Source: Paraspadella gotoi
Taxonomy: Eukaryota; Animalia; Chaetognatha
Assembly (NCBI GenBank): GCA_051294375.1
Contig: CM119269.1
Span: forward strand, 2,207,601 to 2,271,600
Reading direction: 5' to 3'
Length of the DNA: 64,000 bases
Shown: piece by piece, positions 52,031-64,000 of the stretch
How positions within the stretch are numbered: the stretch's first letter is position 1
How the letters are laid out: the number at the start of each line of letters is the position of its first letter
Notes under the pieces: generated by a model
What the model saw: only the letters and a program-made list of their open reading frames with translations
Databases searched by the model: none
Told to the model about the DNA's origin: nothing
Translations under genes and position numbers: made by a program

Positions 52031-52763
52031 CCTTTAATCTATAAAAAGGCAGCAAAACAATTATAAAGGTACACAAATAATAAATATAGAGCAAAATTTC
52101 AAGGAATCCATGCTAAAATAAAATTTCTTAGCGAAATTTAAGGGACTACAAATTATAATCAAGAAAGAAATTAACGAAAACCTATCAAAAATGGGAAAAA
52201 ACATCCGTTGCAATTCAATAAAAATTATTCGTTTAGATTATGCTTTGCGTAAAAACTTGGGAACAACCTACAGTTTTCCGTAGGCATTCCCAAGATCATT
52301 CGAGCATAAAATAAAACTGACTGAATTCGGAAATTAAATTTTCAAATTGATACACAAAAATTAAAATAATAAAGCTTCAAGTTTAACATTAATTTAATTT
52401 TTTTTTTCAAACGGATAGTGATACATACATAATCCAAAGCGCAACAATTAACTAAATGTATTTAATCTCCAAGAATAATAACGGTTACGCCGAACAATGA
52501 ATGAACATCGCACGGTTTAATAAGCTAAAGAACACAAACTGGAATAGGACAAGTACGAAGAAACTTAAGCAATTGTAAGAAAGACAAAATTCTGTAGCAT
52601 TTACTGCTCTCCAACTTAAACAGCGGACATTTGTATTTTTCTACGCAAACGGACTTTCAGTTAAATAAAAAATAAGAAAATCTAATTGAAATGAATTTCC
52701 CACCCCAAAAAAGGTAAAGTAATGTCAAAGACAAAGCCGAAAAGTTCAATTATTTTTTAAGTT

Positions 52764-54695
52764 TTAACGTCCGAATTCCTGAGAATCCAACGAATCTTCG
52801 TCAGGGTCTAATTCATCGCCCTCGGGATCTTCTTCGGGATCGCTTTCCCGATTCCCACTTTTGAGCCCAGAAAAGTTGTTATTGTCAAAGGTGGGAGAAA
52901 CCTCCTTCCACCTTAAAATTCAATAAGTGGAAATTAAGCAAAATCGGTCTACGCTTCTCAGCAAATTTTAATGGCCCAAGCAGATACTTAAGCCCTGAAT
53001 TCATAAGCTTAAGATACTTAAGATACTTAAGATACTTAAGCCCTGAATTCATAAGCGTCTGATACGCGCATGTACCTTCCATCTTCTACCCTCAGGTCGA
53101 GGGGATGCGCCTTCATGAATGCGACCCTCTGGAAGAAGAGAGAAGCGGCGAATCTATAGAGTTCGATATCGAGCGCATTGAGGTTAAACAGGTGAGTCAT
53201 TTGGCTATGGGTCACCCCGGTCTCGGAGGCATGCGAGGAGGACTTTTGCTTAAAGGACTGAACGAAGCGGATACCGCCGAACGTCCACTCGAACAACTCC
53301 TGCGTTTCTCTAAAAAAAGAAAAGGTTAACATGAATCACCGATTCAATTCTAGTTTCAAATGGCAATTCTCAATTTTTGTTGGATCAACACTACAACTCA
53401 CTTTTGATACTCGGTGAGCCCAAAAAAGGTCATGTTCCTGAGATTTTCTGTGGCCGACTCGAACATGAGGGCGTTTCGTTGTTCGATCGACATGTTGCTG
53501 GAGTCGTAGCAACCGACTTTGGTGAGATTGGAGATCATTCTGGTCTGACGATTCGTAGCCAAGTTTGAGGGGCAAGCCATGAACTCTTCGAGCGAGACAT
53601 TGGCCCAATTGTCGCCAGAAAAACAGTAGGGTACCTCGGCCTCTGAAGCCGACCGTCCGTTGCAATGGAGAAGAGACTAGATAAAGATGCAGTTAAGAAC
53701 GAAAAAAAAACAAAACAAAAAACAACCCGAATTCCAACTTATCAAACGCAGAATCTACCTTTTTCCATGTGGCACCTCTTTGAACGTGTCGAAACTCGCT
53801 GAGGTATCGCTGAACTGGGTCTCGAAGCATGGTGACGTACAAGTATCTGCGGTGCCGACCCGACGTCCGCTCCATCTTGTTGAGCGCCTTCGGAACACAG
53901 TCGATAAGTTCAGTCCAATCGGCGTGGAGACCGCAGCGCCAGCCAACCGTGAACCGACTAAACAACCACACCTTTAGAGATTAAAAAAAAAATGCACTCG
54001 TTTAAAATTTATGGTGTAAAATTGTAGAGACCGAAGGACTGGAGAAGTGCACCTCGTTCTCATTTTGCGGACGGAAGCAGTCGCAGCGTTTTCTTTGTTT
54101 GTAGCACTCGCAAGGAGGATCAACGTTCAGATGACGGACAAGATGACGCCCAAAAGTTGAACCGCCAGTTTTCTGCCAAAAATTCTTAATTAAAATCAAA
54201 AGCTTCTTTACTTACTCTCTGGGAACTGACCTGAATGTGGAGATTCACTATGATGTCGCTTTCGTTAATTTTGAAATTTACCCTCTTGTCGAGGTCTTCT
54301 AAGGGAAATTTTCTTGCGAAGGGGTCAAAATTTTTCACGGCGAGAACGGCACCGGAAGATGGATAAATTAGACGGGGCTCCGTCGCAACGGACGGCGAAG
54401 CGATAAAGGGGTGTTCCAAAAGAACTGGGCCCTTGTCGTCCACTGAAACTGCGCCTTTGTCTTTACCCTCACCGGGATTTTTTTCGAGGGCCAATCTGTC
54501 CCGCCACCGCGACACAAACCGCAATTGGCCCGTGGAGCCGTTCGCGTCGTAGACATAAACGAGTACGACGACGCCAAAGACACCGACCAGAGCCAAGGCA
54601 GACATCAAAGCCTTCCATCTAGAACGAGGGCGACGTCCCGACGTGGATGTCTCGAATCTCAGTTGCTGGTAGGAGTATTGTCGTAAAGGACGCAT
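52764..54695 (-). CDS. HS6ST: Heparan-sulfate 6-O-sulfotransferase
   Basis: Type II TM anchor, LHIQKTGGSTFGRHLV, WLFSRFTVGWRCGLHADWTEL, LRDPVQRYLSEFRHVQRGATW and NLATNRQTRM. The last exon (~52912-52764) encodes an acidic tail. Confidence 0.95.
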
Positions 54696-55008
54696 TGTTG
54701 TTTTTGTTGCCGTTGTTTTTTTTAAACAAAAATCACATCATATATGCTTTTAATGTGTTCATTTTTTTCGTATAAATTTCCGATCGACAGTGATTCCCTC
54801 TAAAAAACATCGTCTCCTTATAAACGGCAGGGATCGTCCGCCTCACGAACAAAAATAGAAATGCGAGTAACTTCACAAGAAACGTGTCTTGCTAAAAAAA
54901 AGATCGAACGAGTATGCATTCGCGCGAGCGAGAAAAGAAACGGTAACAAATTTTCAAACGCGAGCGCCGCGGTAATGGCCGACGCCCTCGCCAGCCAACG
55001 ATTTTTTC

Positions 55009-56356
55009 TCACGCGAAAGGCGCCATCTTAGACCGCAAATATTCCATGGTCACGTCATCTAGCGCTTTTTGGAATTCCTTGACGACGGCGGAGCAATTGA
55101 GAGTTTGTCCCTTGTTTACTTTGTAGCACTCAATGACCCGGGCGGTGAGCCCCGCTTCTTCCAGTCGAGGCCGAATTCCGATGGGCGGAAAGCGAGCAGC
55201 GGTTTCGGCGACGGCGGCGGCGAAGGCGTCGCTGGTCGCGTCGAAGAGTTGTTCGTTCTGGCGTCGTAACGCCTCGATTCGCGCCTCAGTTTCCGACTGC
55301 AGCGCCACCAGCTCTTCGTCTTTGACAACCAGTTGTTTCGACATTGTCTTCAGTTCTTGCTGTTTCGCTGCAGATGATTATTTAAATTAGTTAAACTTCA
55401 GAGAACATTCTCTAATCACCTTACCAACTAACCTTGAAGAACTTCAAAGCCCCTCTTAATCTCGTCGTCCTTCAAAAGCAGCTGCGATTCCTTGGACGAG
55501 ATCATCTCCGCCAAACGATTCACGCGTTCCGTGTTTTCCTTTTCGACGATGACCTCGATGGGAACTTCTTTTACGACTTCCACCGGGACCTCCTTCACCA
55601 ATTCCTTTATCACAGTCGGGGCTGATGCTTGCGACTCTTTGGAGGCCACTTCCTTGATAACTTCCACCTCCCGAATCACTTCGACGGGAACTTCCTTGAT
55701 CACCTCCTTTTCTACGATGACCTCCTTTATCACTTCGACGGGGACTTCCTTAATCACTTCTCGAACGCCAGAGGTTGCATCGTCCCCAGCAGATCGATCC
55801 ACAAGGGCCTCGTTGACCTCAACTGGAACTTCGACGACCACCTCTTTGATAACTTCCACCGGAATTTCCTTAATAACCTCCACCTCCTTGATCACCTCTA
55901 CCGGGACCTCCCGAACAACTTCGACCTCCTTGATAACCTCCCTGACTTCCGGTTCCGCCTTCTCCCTTAGGCCGGCCAAACGTCTGATGGCATCTTCGGA
56001 TATTGTGATGGTGTCACCCTAATAATATAAAAGCATAAAGTAAAACAATTATTGTATTATTTTAATAATTATCATAACCTGAAAGTTAATTCCTTAAAGA
56101 GACCATGTTCCTGGTAAAACTACTTTGAAAATAGTAATCACCTTTGGTTTTGGGGATAATAGTGTTTATTTAATAATTTCCATTTCTTGAAAGTATGAAT
56201 GAGCCATTATATGAACATTTGTGACACACCGGCTGATCCCTTTATACTTGGGCAAAACTCCCTTGTAAAGTTATAATAGCTAAATCCGTCTGCTATTCTT
56301 ACCTGAATATCCGTTTCTATAGCAATTCTCCGTGGATTGCTGTTCCAATTTCCCAT
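55009..56356 (-). CDS. MICOS subunit MIC19/CHCHD3-like with a VPV/EVIK repeat insertion
   Basis: MGNWNS myristoylation motif, RRIAIE...ITISEDAIRRL (DUF737-like), a coiled coil and C-terminal VIECYKVNKGQTLNCSAVVKEF. Confidence 0.75.
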
Positions 56357-56724
56357 ATTTTCTCCTAAGTTAATTTAACATTAATAAGGTCATTATACAT
56401 TTAAAGCGTAATGCCAGAAATAGTTTCTGGGTATTCACTGAAAAAAATAGACAATCTATGTATATTCATAAAACTAAAGCGTGAAAAAAATGAACCAAAT
56501 AAAACACATGATTTTCAACCTCAAAGAAATGATACTGTAAGGAAAAAAAATTATGATCGATTGATTCTTGATAAATCTAAAACTTCTAAACTATAGTACA
56601 AGTTAAGAAATTTCCAAAAGAAAGTCATAATTCAATGCCGTGAGACGGCAGCAATTAGTAGACAACAAATAAATTTTAATGTTAATTTACGATAGTTCTG
56701 AATCTAAATCTACGTCAACAACTT

Positions 56725-58289
56725 TTAACTCCTAGACCGGCTTCGCCGTTTCCAGCAAAACAGTTTGTTGCAGCAATAAACTGAGCCAGCGAAGAGATTG
56801 AGCGGCACGCCGCAACGGGGAGGTAGAGAGCTGCGGCTCGCAGAGACGATGAAGAGCGGGAACAATACCGAAAAGATGCAGCCGGACGTGACGAAGGAAA
56901 CGGGGAAAAAGGCACCTCCCGATAGAAGAGCCAGGGGGAGCCCGAACCCGAGGTAGTAGGGCCAGGCGACGTCGATTGCGCCGAGTCGGCGCGGCACGTC
57001 CCATCCCATGTTAAACCATTTGTACTCGAAGGAGTAGAGGGCGTAGAGGAGACAAAGATGGAGGTAGTAGAAACAGATGGCGATGGCGGGTATCGGAATC
57101 AAAGTTTTTACAAGCAACGCCTGAATTAGGAATACCGTCTCGACGGACAAGCTGTTGAAAGAAAATTGGTTTGTGACCGAGGGGGAATTTAAGCTAAGTT
57201 ATAGTCGTCCTAAACAGAGAAAAATTAAGAAAAAAAAATTCTGCAAATTTAAAAAAATAAAGGAGGCCTAAAAACTCTATAAAAAACCTGAAGAGGACGT
57301 CGGCGAGGAGTCGGCTTGGCGAGGCAGGCAGAAGAGGACGGCCGCGCGCCAAACGATAGGCAGCGTCGGCGACGTCTTGGAACCAAATGGCATTGATCAC
57401 GCGGCTAAGAATGAAAATAGGCAGGATCCAAAGGCCGTTGAAGGTAATCGATAGAAAAGGTGAAGCGCGATCCCACAGACCGGATGCGGAGTCGGGATCT
57501 GTTGAAAAGAGGCGGAGATTAAAGTCTTTAATAAAGAGTTTTGTATGGTGGACTAAAATCCACCAACCGTTCATCAGCGACCATTGGTGCCGGAGGCAAG
57601 TCATTCGCCTCCCAAACCAAAGGTCCGGGGTTCTAGCCCTAGCAGTTAAGAGGGACGGGGCGCTTAACCCGCCTGTAACATGGTGTTACAGCCTGATCCG
57701 AAGCTCAGGGACTGCTTATATTGAACGATTCTGTCACTAACACATGAGAATAATTACTGTCTCTTCAGTTGGACATAAAGTATATGTCCAACAAGAGCAC
57801 CGTTACTTCCATATTAAAAACAAATGCAATCACTTGACAACCTGCGGATTTCTCATCAATTTTGGATTGATCATATATGAAGGATATAACGAGCCTCAAT
57901 AGCGGCGTAAGGACATGGTGGAACACTACTATAGAAGCCCAAACGACGCCCCCGTTGAGCGCCATGCACTGTAGTACACGACTGCGAATCAACGAGGTTC
58001 CTTCCTAAAAAAAAAAATTCGATTAACTTCGAGATTTCCAACAACAAAAATGAATCCTTTTTCTGACCCGTCGTTTGTCCGCAAGATGCTCGGTCTTCCA
58101 TTCTCGCCTCTTTTGTTGACGCCTCCGCTCCAAGGTGCTCATCTGTTTGGCGAAGCCCTCTTCGCCGGCATCGACCGCGGTCGACGGCTTCTCTCGATCC
58201 TGCGCCTGCAATATGACGCTAATTCCGAGGATGGAATCGCGGACTCCTTCGAGGAAACCGCGGTGAAAGCTCCATTCCTCAGTTTCCAT
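56725..58289 (-). CDS. EI24: Etoposide-induced 2.4 / EI24 (EPG-4) autophagy protein
   Basis: GFLEGVRDSILG, RVLQCMALNGGVVWASIV, LWILPIFILSRVINAIWFQDVADAAY and LLYALYSFEYKWFNMG. Confidence 0.93.
57553..57740 (+). mobile_element. SINE-like repeat, family B (EI24 intron)
   Basis: Highly similar to 35510-35692. Confidence 0.7.
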
Positions 58290-58987
58290 AGCAACTCTTT
58301 CATAGTTTGGTCATGGGCGTTGTCGTGGTTTCAAAAAGTTGCATTTTTTGGCATTTTAGTTATTTCTTCAGTTTTTTTTTTCCTCGTTTACTTTTTCTTA
58401 TTCGGTCGAATACTGAAATGGGATTCTTTCCAAAGAAAAAACTGAAATAACTAACATTTCATTCTCTCCACGATACATTCGGGTGAAGTGAAAGTTTAAA
58501 ATCTAAATTTATCAGTTTTATCTTAAAAATTATCAGATTAATAAATACTAATATATAACTTTTAAAAAAAATATAATAACCCAATCAGCTTATTTTATAT
58601 ATAATATTACCCTTATATAATATTCCAATTTCAAAATAAATTGTTTTTTAATTCTGAAAACAGATTCAGATTCCTCCTTAAAAGTTTATAACAACTTTTT
58701 ACAAAGAATCTAAATCCGATCGTAAAAATTTATATTTTGAAATCTTAACCTATTATATACTTATTCCTATGTATAAATATAACTCACTGGTACCCACTAA
58801 TATATAAAATTAAAAAATAAATTTATTAAAATATCTTTATTAATTTTTATTTTCTATATACTAAATTTTAATTTTATAAAATTTCATTATTTTAACATCA
58901 CCCTACTATAGTATAGTAGTATACATATTTTAAAACCGACTCGACATCGACAGTCAATTTTTAGTTCGGCGAAAATTTCTGGCAAAG

Positions 58988-59284
58988 TCAATCCTCAAGT
59001 GATTTGGTCCTCCCGCCAAACATCTTGCTTTTGTTGAGCATGGAGCCATACCTCTTCGTGTCAGTTTTGTACCAGTAAAAAAGACATATAGCAAAAATAC
59101 TAGTTTCTATAATCTCCCATCTCTGCAATTAAAAAAAAACATTTTTAAAGATTACAGTATCATGGTGATAAGAGATGAAATTCAGAGTTTATTGATTTAG
59201 TGAACTCACCAACTGCCGATCTTTTATCAAATACTTGGTGACACGCCAAGGACCATCCGGTCCAGTGACAGCGCGTCCAAACAT
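58988..59284 (-). CDS. Small single-TM protein (~69 aa), possibly complex I subunit NDUFB1-like
   Basis: Two phase-0 exons (59284-59210 and 59122-58988) give MFGRAVTGPDGPWRVTKYLIKDRQL|RWEIIETSIFAICLFYWYKTDTKRYGSMLNKSKMFGGRTKSLED*. NKSKMFG resembles the NDUFB1 NKS.LF motif. Confidence 0.5.
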
Positions 59285-59669
59285 CTTGGAGTTGGATCCG
59301 TCTTCACCTGCTACTTTCCGAAATGTTCTCGAGCTTAAGTCCTGCCTTGTATTTGTTAGTTCGATTTAGGTCCAGCAAAATAAAGGTAGCCGTTAACGTC
59401 GGAAAAATTATATTCCACTTGTGATACAGTAATTTTTTCACAAATTTAGACATCTGAACACATGACCCTTGCTTCACAAGTTGACTATGAAATTTAAAAT
59501 GGAAATTGGATAACAGACCGGTACGACATATCAGATTAAGAAGCTCAATTGAAACTAACGTTGCCTTGTTTCCATGGCAACGTTAAAAAATCAAAAATAA
59601 CGCATCGAAGCAAATGGCAACAACAAAGCTATAGTAATAATTGAAAACACTTATATATAAAATCTGATG

Positions 59670-62029
59670 TCATATACTTAAAAGCGAAAAGATATTGTTT
59701 TTATCCAACCAAGTTTCTTCGTCTGTTTCTTCATAGTCTTCCACTTCTTCAGTGTCTTGTGGAATAACAGATGTTTTCGTCCTGGCCTTTTTTGTGCTCA
59801 CCCTTCTGCCATCCTCTCTACTATAACTAGTATCATTAGTATTAGTTCCGCAGATCGGAGAAAGATTTTCGAAGGCATCGACGACCCAGGTTCCAATCTG
59901 GGAACCTCGAAAAAGTTCGTCGGCGACGAACGATCTAGGATTCTTTCTCCCTTTCAAGTCAGCCTGCAGGGTAAAAATCATCTCGCCGTCGTAAAGCAGT
60001 GCAGGGTCAGGGACAGGAAACGGTGCTCTTAGTATCCGGTTAAGATGTATTAACGTCAAGAAGCACGCCTGCCACTGAGCGGTTCCGTGGAGAAATGTCT
60101 TGCTTAGCCGATCACGGCATTTTGACGATCCGTAACATGAGATACGGTCGATGATGGCAGTCAGCGTTTCGGCGGAGGCAGCGGAAACGAGGTGCGCGAC
60201 ATTTCCCTGGCCCCCCGTCTTTCCCTCCCTGTCGGCGTTGTTGTCGCGCTCGTCTCCGGAAATCAACCGGCGATATGAAGGGTACGAACGATACATGGTC
60301 GTCAGACAGTAAGCGTGGCAAGCAAGAAAAGCCAGTAGATCCAATCCGCTCAAGAACAAGGAGCGCTGGAACGCATAGATGACTGATATGTAGAACAAGC
60401 TGAAGTAGGGCGCGCATCTTTCTATGAAGCATCTTGCAGAGTCGTCCAGGTCGCAGCGGGAGAGAATGAAGTCCCTCCTTTCGGCGACAGATGCCTCTGC
60501 GGAAAGGATGCCACCGTTTATAGGGACTTCAACCATGGATCGAAGCAATTGTCTTCCCCGACGCGACACTTCTTCTATTCCGCAGAAAGACTCGGAAACG
60601 CAGTCGTCGTCGCAGAGTGAGCACATCAGGGAGTAGACGAGTTCACGAAGGGCGCGCGACAGTTCGCAAGCGGGACTCTCTTCCATGTTTTCCACCTGAA
60701 ACGGTAAAAACGATCGTCCGTTGACGAAAACGTTGAGGGTCTGCGGCGGCCACTCAGCGGCTCGAACGGAGTTCCATAAATCGGTAGGGAATGATCGTCC
60801 CGAAGCGTTTGTCAAATTGCAGCGGCCGACGTTAGGTTCATCACCAAAAAAATCGCTCAAATCGTCGGCGGACCCTCGGTATCCGGTTAAACCTTTGGCG
60901 ATCAAACCCTTGACGCGAGCTCGTTGCTCTTTTTTTATGTGAGGAAGTATCTGTCCGAGACCCTCGTCAAGGTCCATCAAGCCGCTCATCCACTCGAGGA
61001 GTCCTTTCATCTTGCAGTGACGTTTGTTGCCTCGTACGCCGGATTTGCCCCGTTTAAACTTTGGCTGGTGTATGTGACGGAAGAAGTTTTCGAAACTGGC
61101 GGAGTCGACAAAGTCGTTGCCGACCAAAGTCGCGAACAGCGGCAAAAGCTCTTTTTTGAGACCCGGGTGATGAGAGCAGAAGGAGGTAGCGTCGAACATT
61201 TTAACCCTGTTGATGGAATATGATTGAAATTTTAACTGGTTTGCATATTTGTTAAATCGGAAGAGCAGGAAATGAACAAAGATATCCATTATCCAACTAC
61301 CTGAGAAACTTTTGACCCCTTTCGTTAGTCCGGACGTGAACATAATCGAAGTAATCGAACCGCAGGAAACCGCGGTCGAGGTCATAGATGAAAAAGTCCG
61401 AGTCGTTGGAGAGCACGGGGGCGGAGAGGGCGTTGGCGAGGGACACGAGCGCCTCGTCCGCCTCGAAGTCAGCCATGCAGTACGACACTCCCAACTGCTT
61501 CAGAATCGAGAGGAAACTGTCAAACGCTGGAGAAAAAGTTGTCGACACCATTCGAATATTTTTTTAATTTAAAAACTAAGAATAACATACCCAATATTGG
61601 CATAACCTTAAGGCCAACAATTCCCTTGCTAATGAGACTTGCTTGATGCAATTTTTCTCGGGATCTTTCCATGACGGTTTTAAGCTTTCGATCGTCAGGT
61701 TCGTACGCTCCATCTAAAAAAAGTGAATTTAATTTAATTAATTTCCTTTATAATAAAAAATATCCAAAAAGACAAAAATGTAATGTTAAATCGTATTCAC
61801 CGAAAACCACGTACGCAGTTATGTCACATTCCCCCAAATGGCGGAAGAACTTTTGTACGGCTCTCGCGAATGCAGGATAATCTCCGTTGGAGGGACGCGT
61901 CTTGATAGAATTATGTAAAGCATAGTAAAGGTTGTTACCATCGATGACCAGAGGTCCTTCCCGAAAGTCCACGTCGTTAAGAACGTCCCGGTTTTTATCG
62001 ATATAAGTTGCGAGCCCGCGAACGCCCAT
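59670..62029 (-). CDS. ASTE1: Asteroid homolog 1 (XPG/PIN-like nuclease family)
   Basis: MGVRGLATYI...LVIDGNNLYY, FEADEALVSLAN...PVLSNDSDFFIYDL, LPLFATLVGNDF and HGTAQWQAC. Confidence 0.9.
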
Positions 62030-63620
62030 AGCCTGAGGCCGCTGCTCCCCGACGAGAAGGTATATCAAAAAAACGAACGCAATTTTAAAACAACCTACAG
62101 ACATTTAAAAAAACTGACATTCGGGCTTTTCAAACATTCAAAAAGTAAAATGTCCAGAAAACGTCCTCTTCTCGCCCAATTCTCGTTTTGGTTTCATTTT
62201 TCCATTGGTTTTCCGTCCGCCCATTTAATGATCCTTGAAGTAAAGAATAGAAAAATATGAGTTAATAAAATAAACCAAAGTATTTAAACCATGCTATCAC
62301 GAGAAACCTCACTGTAAGTAGCTAATGCAATGTGAAACAAGGAAAAGCTCTGGGCATGCAATTTACCTTAATCAGACTCAATTGAGGGTTTACCCGCAAC
62401 CCACTTGATTAACCTTTCGAACATTAAAAAAATGTTAAAACGATTAAAAAGTGCATTTTGCTCGATATGGAATATAAAAAAAAAACAGAGCTTGTTAAAG
62501 TATCTATAAGTAAACTGTAAATTGTAATACAAATCATATTATAATTTTAAAATAGTTATTTATAATTAACCAATAACCATACGGGATGCTGAATGTTGTG
62601 TTAAGCAATTGAATCACATTTTTTTGGTAAATCGTGACCCTTGTGACCACTTTAAGACTGCTAAAGCCATCTCACCTGCAAGATTGGCCAGTATTTTTAA
62701 GCATTGCTTCTTGCTTTTGGGCGCCCACACATTTCCTTAAAACCTACAACCAAGTCGAGCGTTATTCAAGTCTCGATTTACAGACAAAATTTTGTGAATA
62801 AGCATCATTCTTACCGACGCAGCTATGTTGGAGTACCTCACGTACGTAACGCCTGCCGCTCGCCAACCGGACATTTTGCGGCCGGTTCTTTAGTGAAAGT
62901 ATCAAATATCTGCGAGATTATATAAGAATTGCATCACCGAAAAAACATTTGGGCCACAATGTGATAAAAAAAGTAACTATGGCGATTGTATACTTAATTG
63001 TTGAAAAACCACTAGGGTCTAAGTGTCAACAATACGATGAAATGCATGAATTAAACTTAATTACAAAAGAGTCAACAAATTTTAAATTGAAGGAGTTCAA
63101 AAACTGATCGCTTTTCCAAGGATCGAGGAAAAAAATACTTTCGACACATTACATCTACAACAAAGAATCTAGTACATCTACCTCTAGGGTAATCAAGATC
63201 ATGAAACCTCGGTTATCTTAATAATTTTAGATGACTAGAGTTCGAAATATGTCGGTCTCAAAAAAAGGAATCATGATTTGGTACAAAATTGTTAAAATGC
63301 AAAACACCAAAAATTATGAAAAAATTGAGTACGTATTGATTTTGAGACTCGTATACAAATTTAATGAAATACCATGCAACTGGAAGTTTTACAAACTTAG
63401 TCTAAGTCACAAGAAGTGTTGAAAACGAAAACGAAGTTTACATTTCTTAATGTAATTAAACGATGTATTAAACTAAAAAGCTTCTTAAAAACTACGTAAT
63501 TAAAAGGTTTGTTTTCCAAAACATCAACAATGAAACAGGGGGTAGACGGGGAGGAACATTCGACTCCTTTCCTCGTTAGGAATTGAAGCCAGTCCGATTA
63601 GTTCACCAAACTGTGTTCGT

Positions 63621-63782
63621 TCAAGCCTTGACTGGCGCCCTCTTCCTCACTTCCTCGGCTTTGTCGTCGCCAGCGACGACAACCTCCCCATCGGCCGGGG
63701 TCTCTTCCTCTTCAGAGGCGGAGGCGTTTCGCGCCTTGGTGCGGCGTTCGTAGATGAAGATGCAAGTGCAAAGAATGATGAC
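63621..63782 (-). CDS. Last exon of a basigin/neuroplastin-like Ig membrane protein (gene extends beyond the window)
   Basis: tag|VIILCTCIFIYERRTK...EEVRKRAPVKA* matches the basigin TM end (EVIIL..IIFIYEKRR). Confidence 0.7.
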   Translation of the reverse strand, partial: VIILCTCIFIYERRTKARNASASEEEETPADGEVVVAGDDKAEEVRKRAPVKA

Positions 63783-64000
63783 CTAAGCACAATTTTTTTG
63801 GTTCATTGCTATTTTTAAGTAAATTTTTACATTTTCTGTAAAAAAAATTTAAAAAATTAAAGGTTTAAAGTAAGGGGTGATTAGGGGTAGTTAGGGTTTA
63901 AAGGGTTTCGGGTTAGGGTAATTAGGTAATATTTTTTTAAAAAATAAATATTTTTAAATAGTTTTTCAAAAGCCGGAAAAAGGATATTGTGAAAAAAATA

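Noticed and set aside
52980-53056. Tandem repeats (agatactta)n and a duplicated cttaagccctgaattcataagc near the HS6ST end, superficially CRISPR-like or a premature stop
   Set aside because: There are no spacers, and the stretch lies in an intron (AG|gtacat...tttaag|G) whose removal extends HS6ST in frame to 52764.
55492-56022. 176-aa Thr/Ser-rich + strand ORF resembling a mucin
   Set aside because: It is the antisense shadow of the EVIKEVPV repeat exon.
63860-63945. TTAGGG-like motifs suggesting a telomere
   Set aside because: They are degenerate, short and intronic, with a related copy at ~4075-4155, so this is a dispersed repeat.

Overview
Eukaryotic (invertebrate animal) genomic DNA with AT-rich introns and intergenic DNA, GC-richer short exons and many 45-90 bp GT-AG introns. 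Bases ~1-8 kb hold a + strand multi-exon kisspeptin/galanin-type peptide GPCR with a small antisense HMG-box gene nested in one intron. Bases ~8-14 kb are repeat-rich. From ~14.2 kb to the window end, 22 consecutive genes lie on the - strand, with stop-to-ATG gaps as short as 70-76 bp and apparently unpaired splice acceptors before several ATGs. This is an operon/SL-trans-splicing-like layout. In coordinate order the genes are CTSA, SMPD2, EMC8/9, PPID, C8orf76-like, NOPCHAP1, FNTB, PUS1, SPOP-like, COX4, TMEM141, DCP2, a novel gene, nanos-like, CETN3, UBL7, HS6ST, MIC19, EI24, NDUFB1-like, ASTE1 and the basigin 3' end. The most striking locus is 38954-43734. Six constant exons encode a degenerate MADS-like dimerisation segment plus an acidic linker and end in one phase-0 donor. 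Downstream are four paralogous phase-0 alternative terminal exons, each encoding a diverged copy of an unrecognised ~100-aa domain with its own stop (mod(mdg4)/lola-like architecture). All gene models were spliced by eye and no database searches were run.
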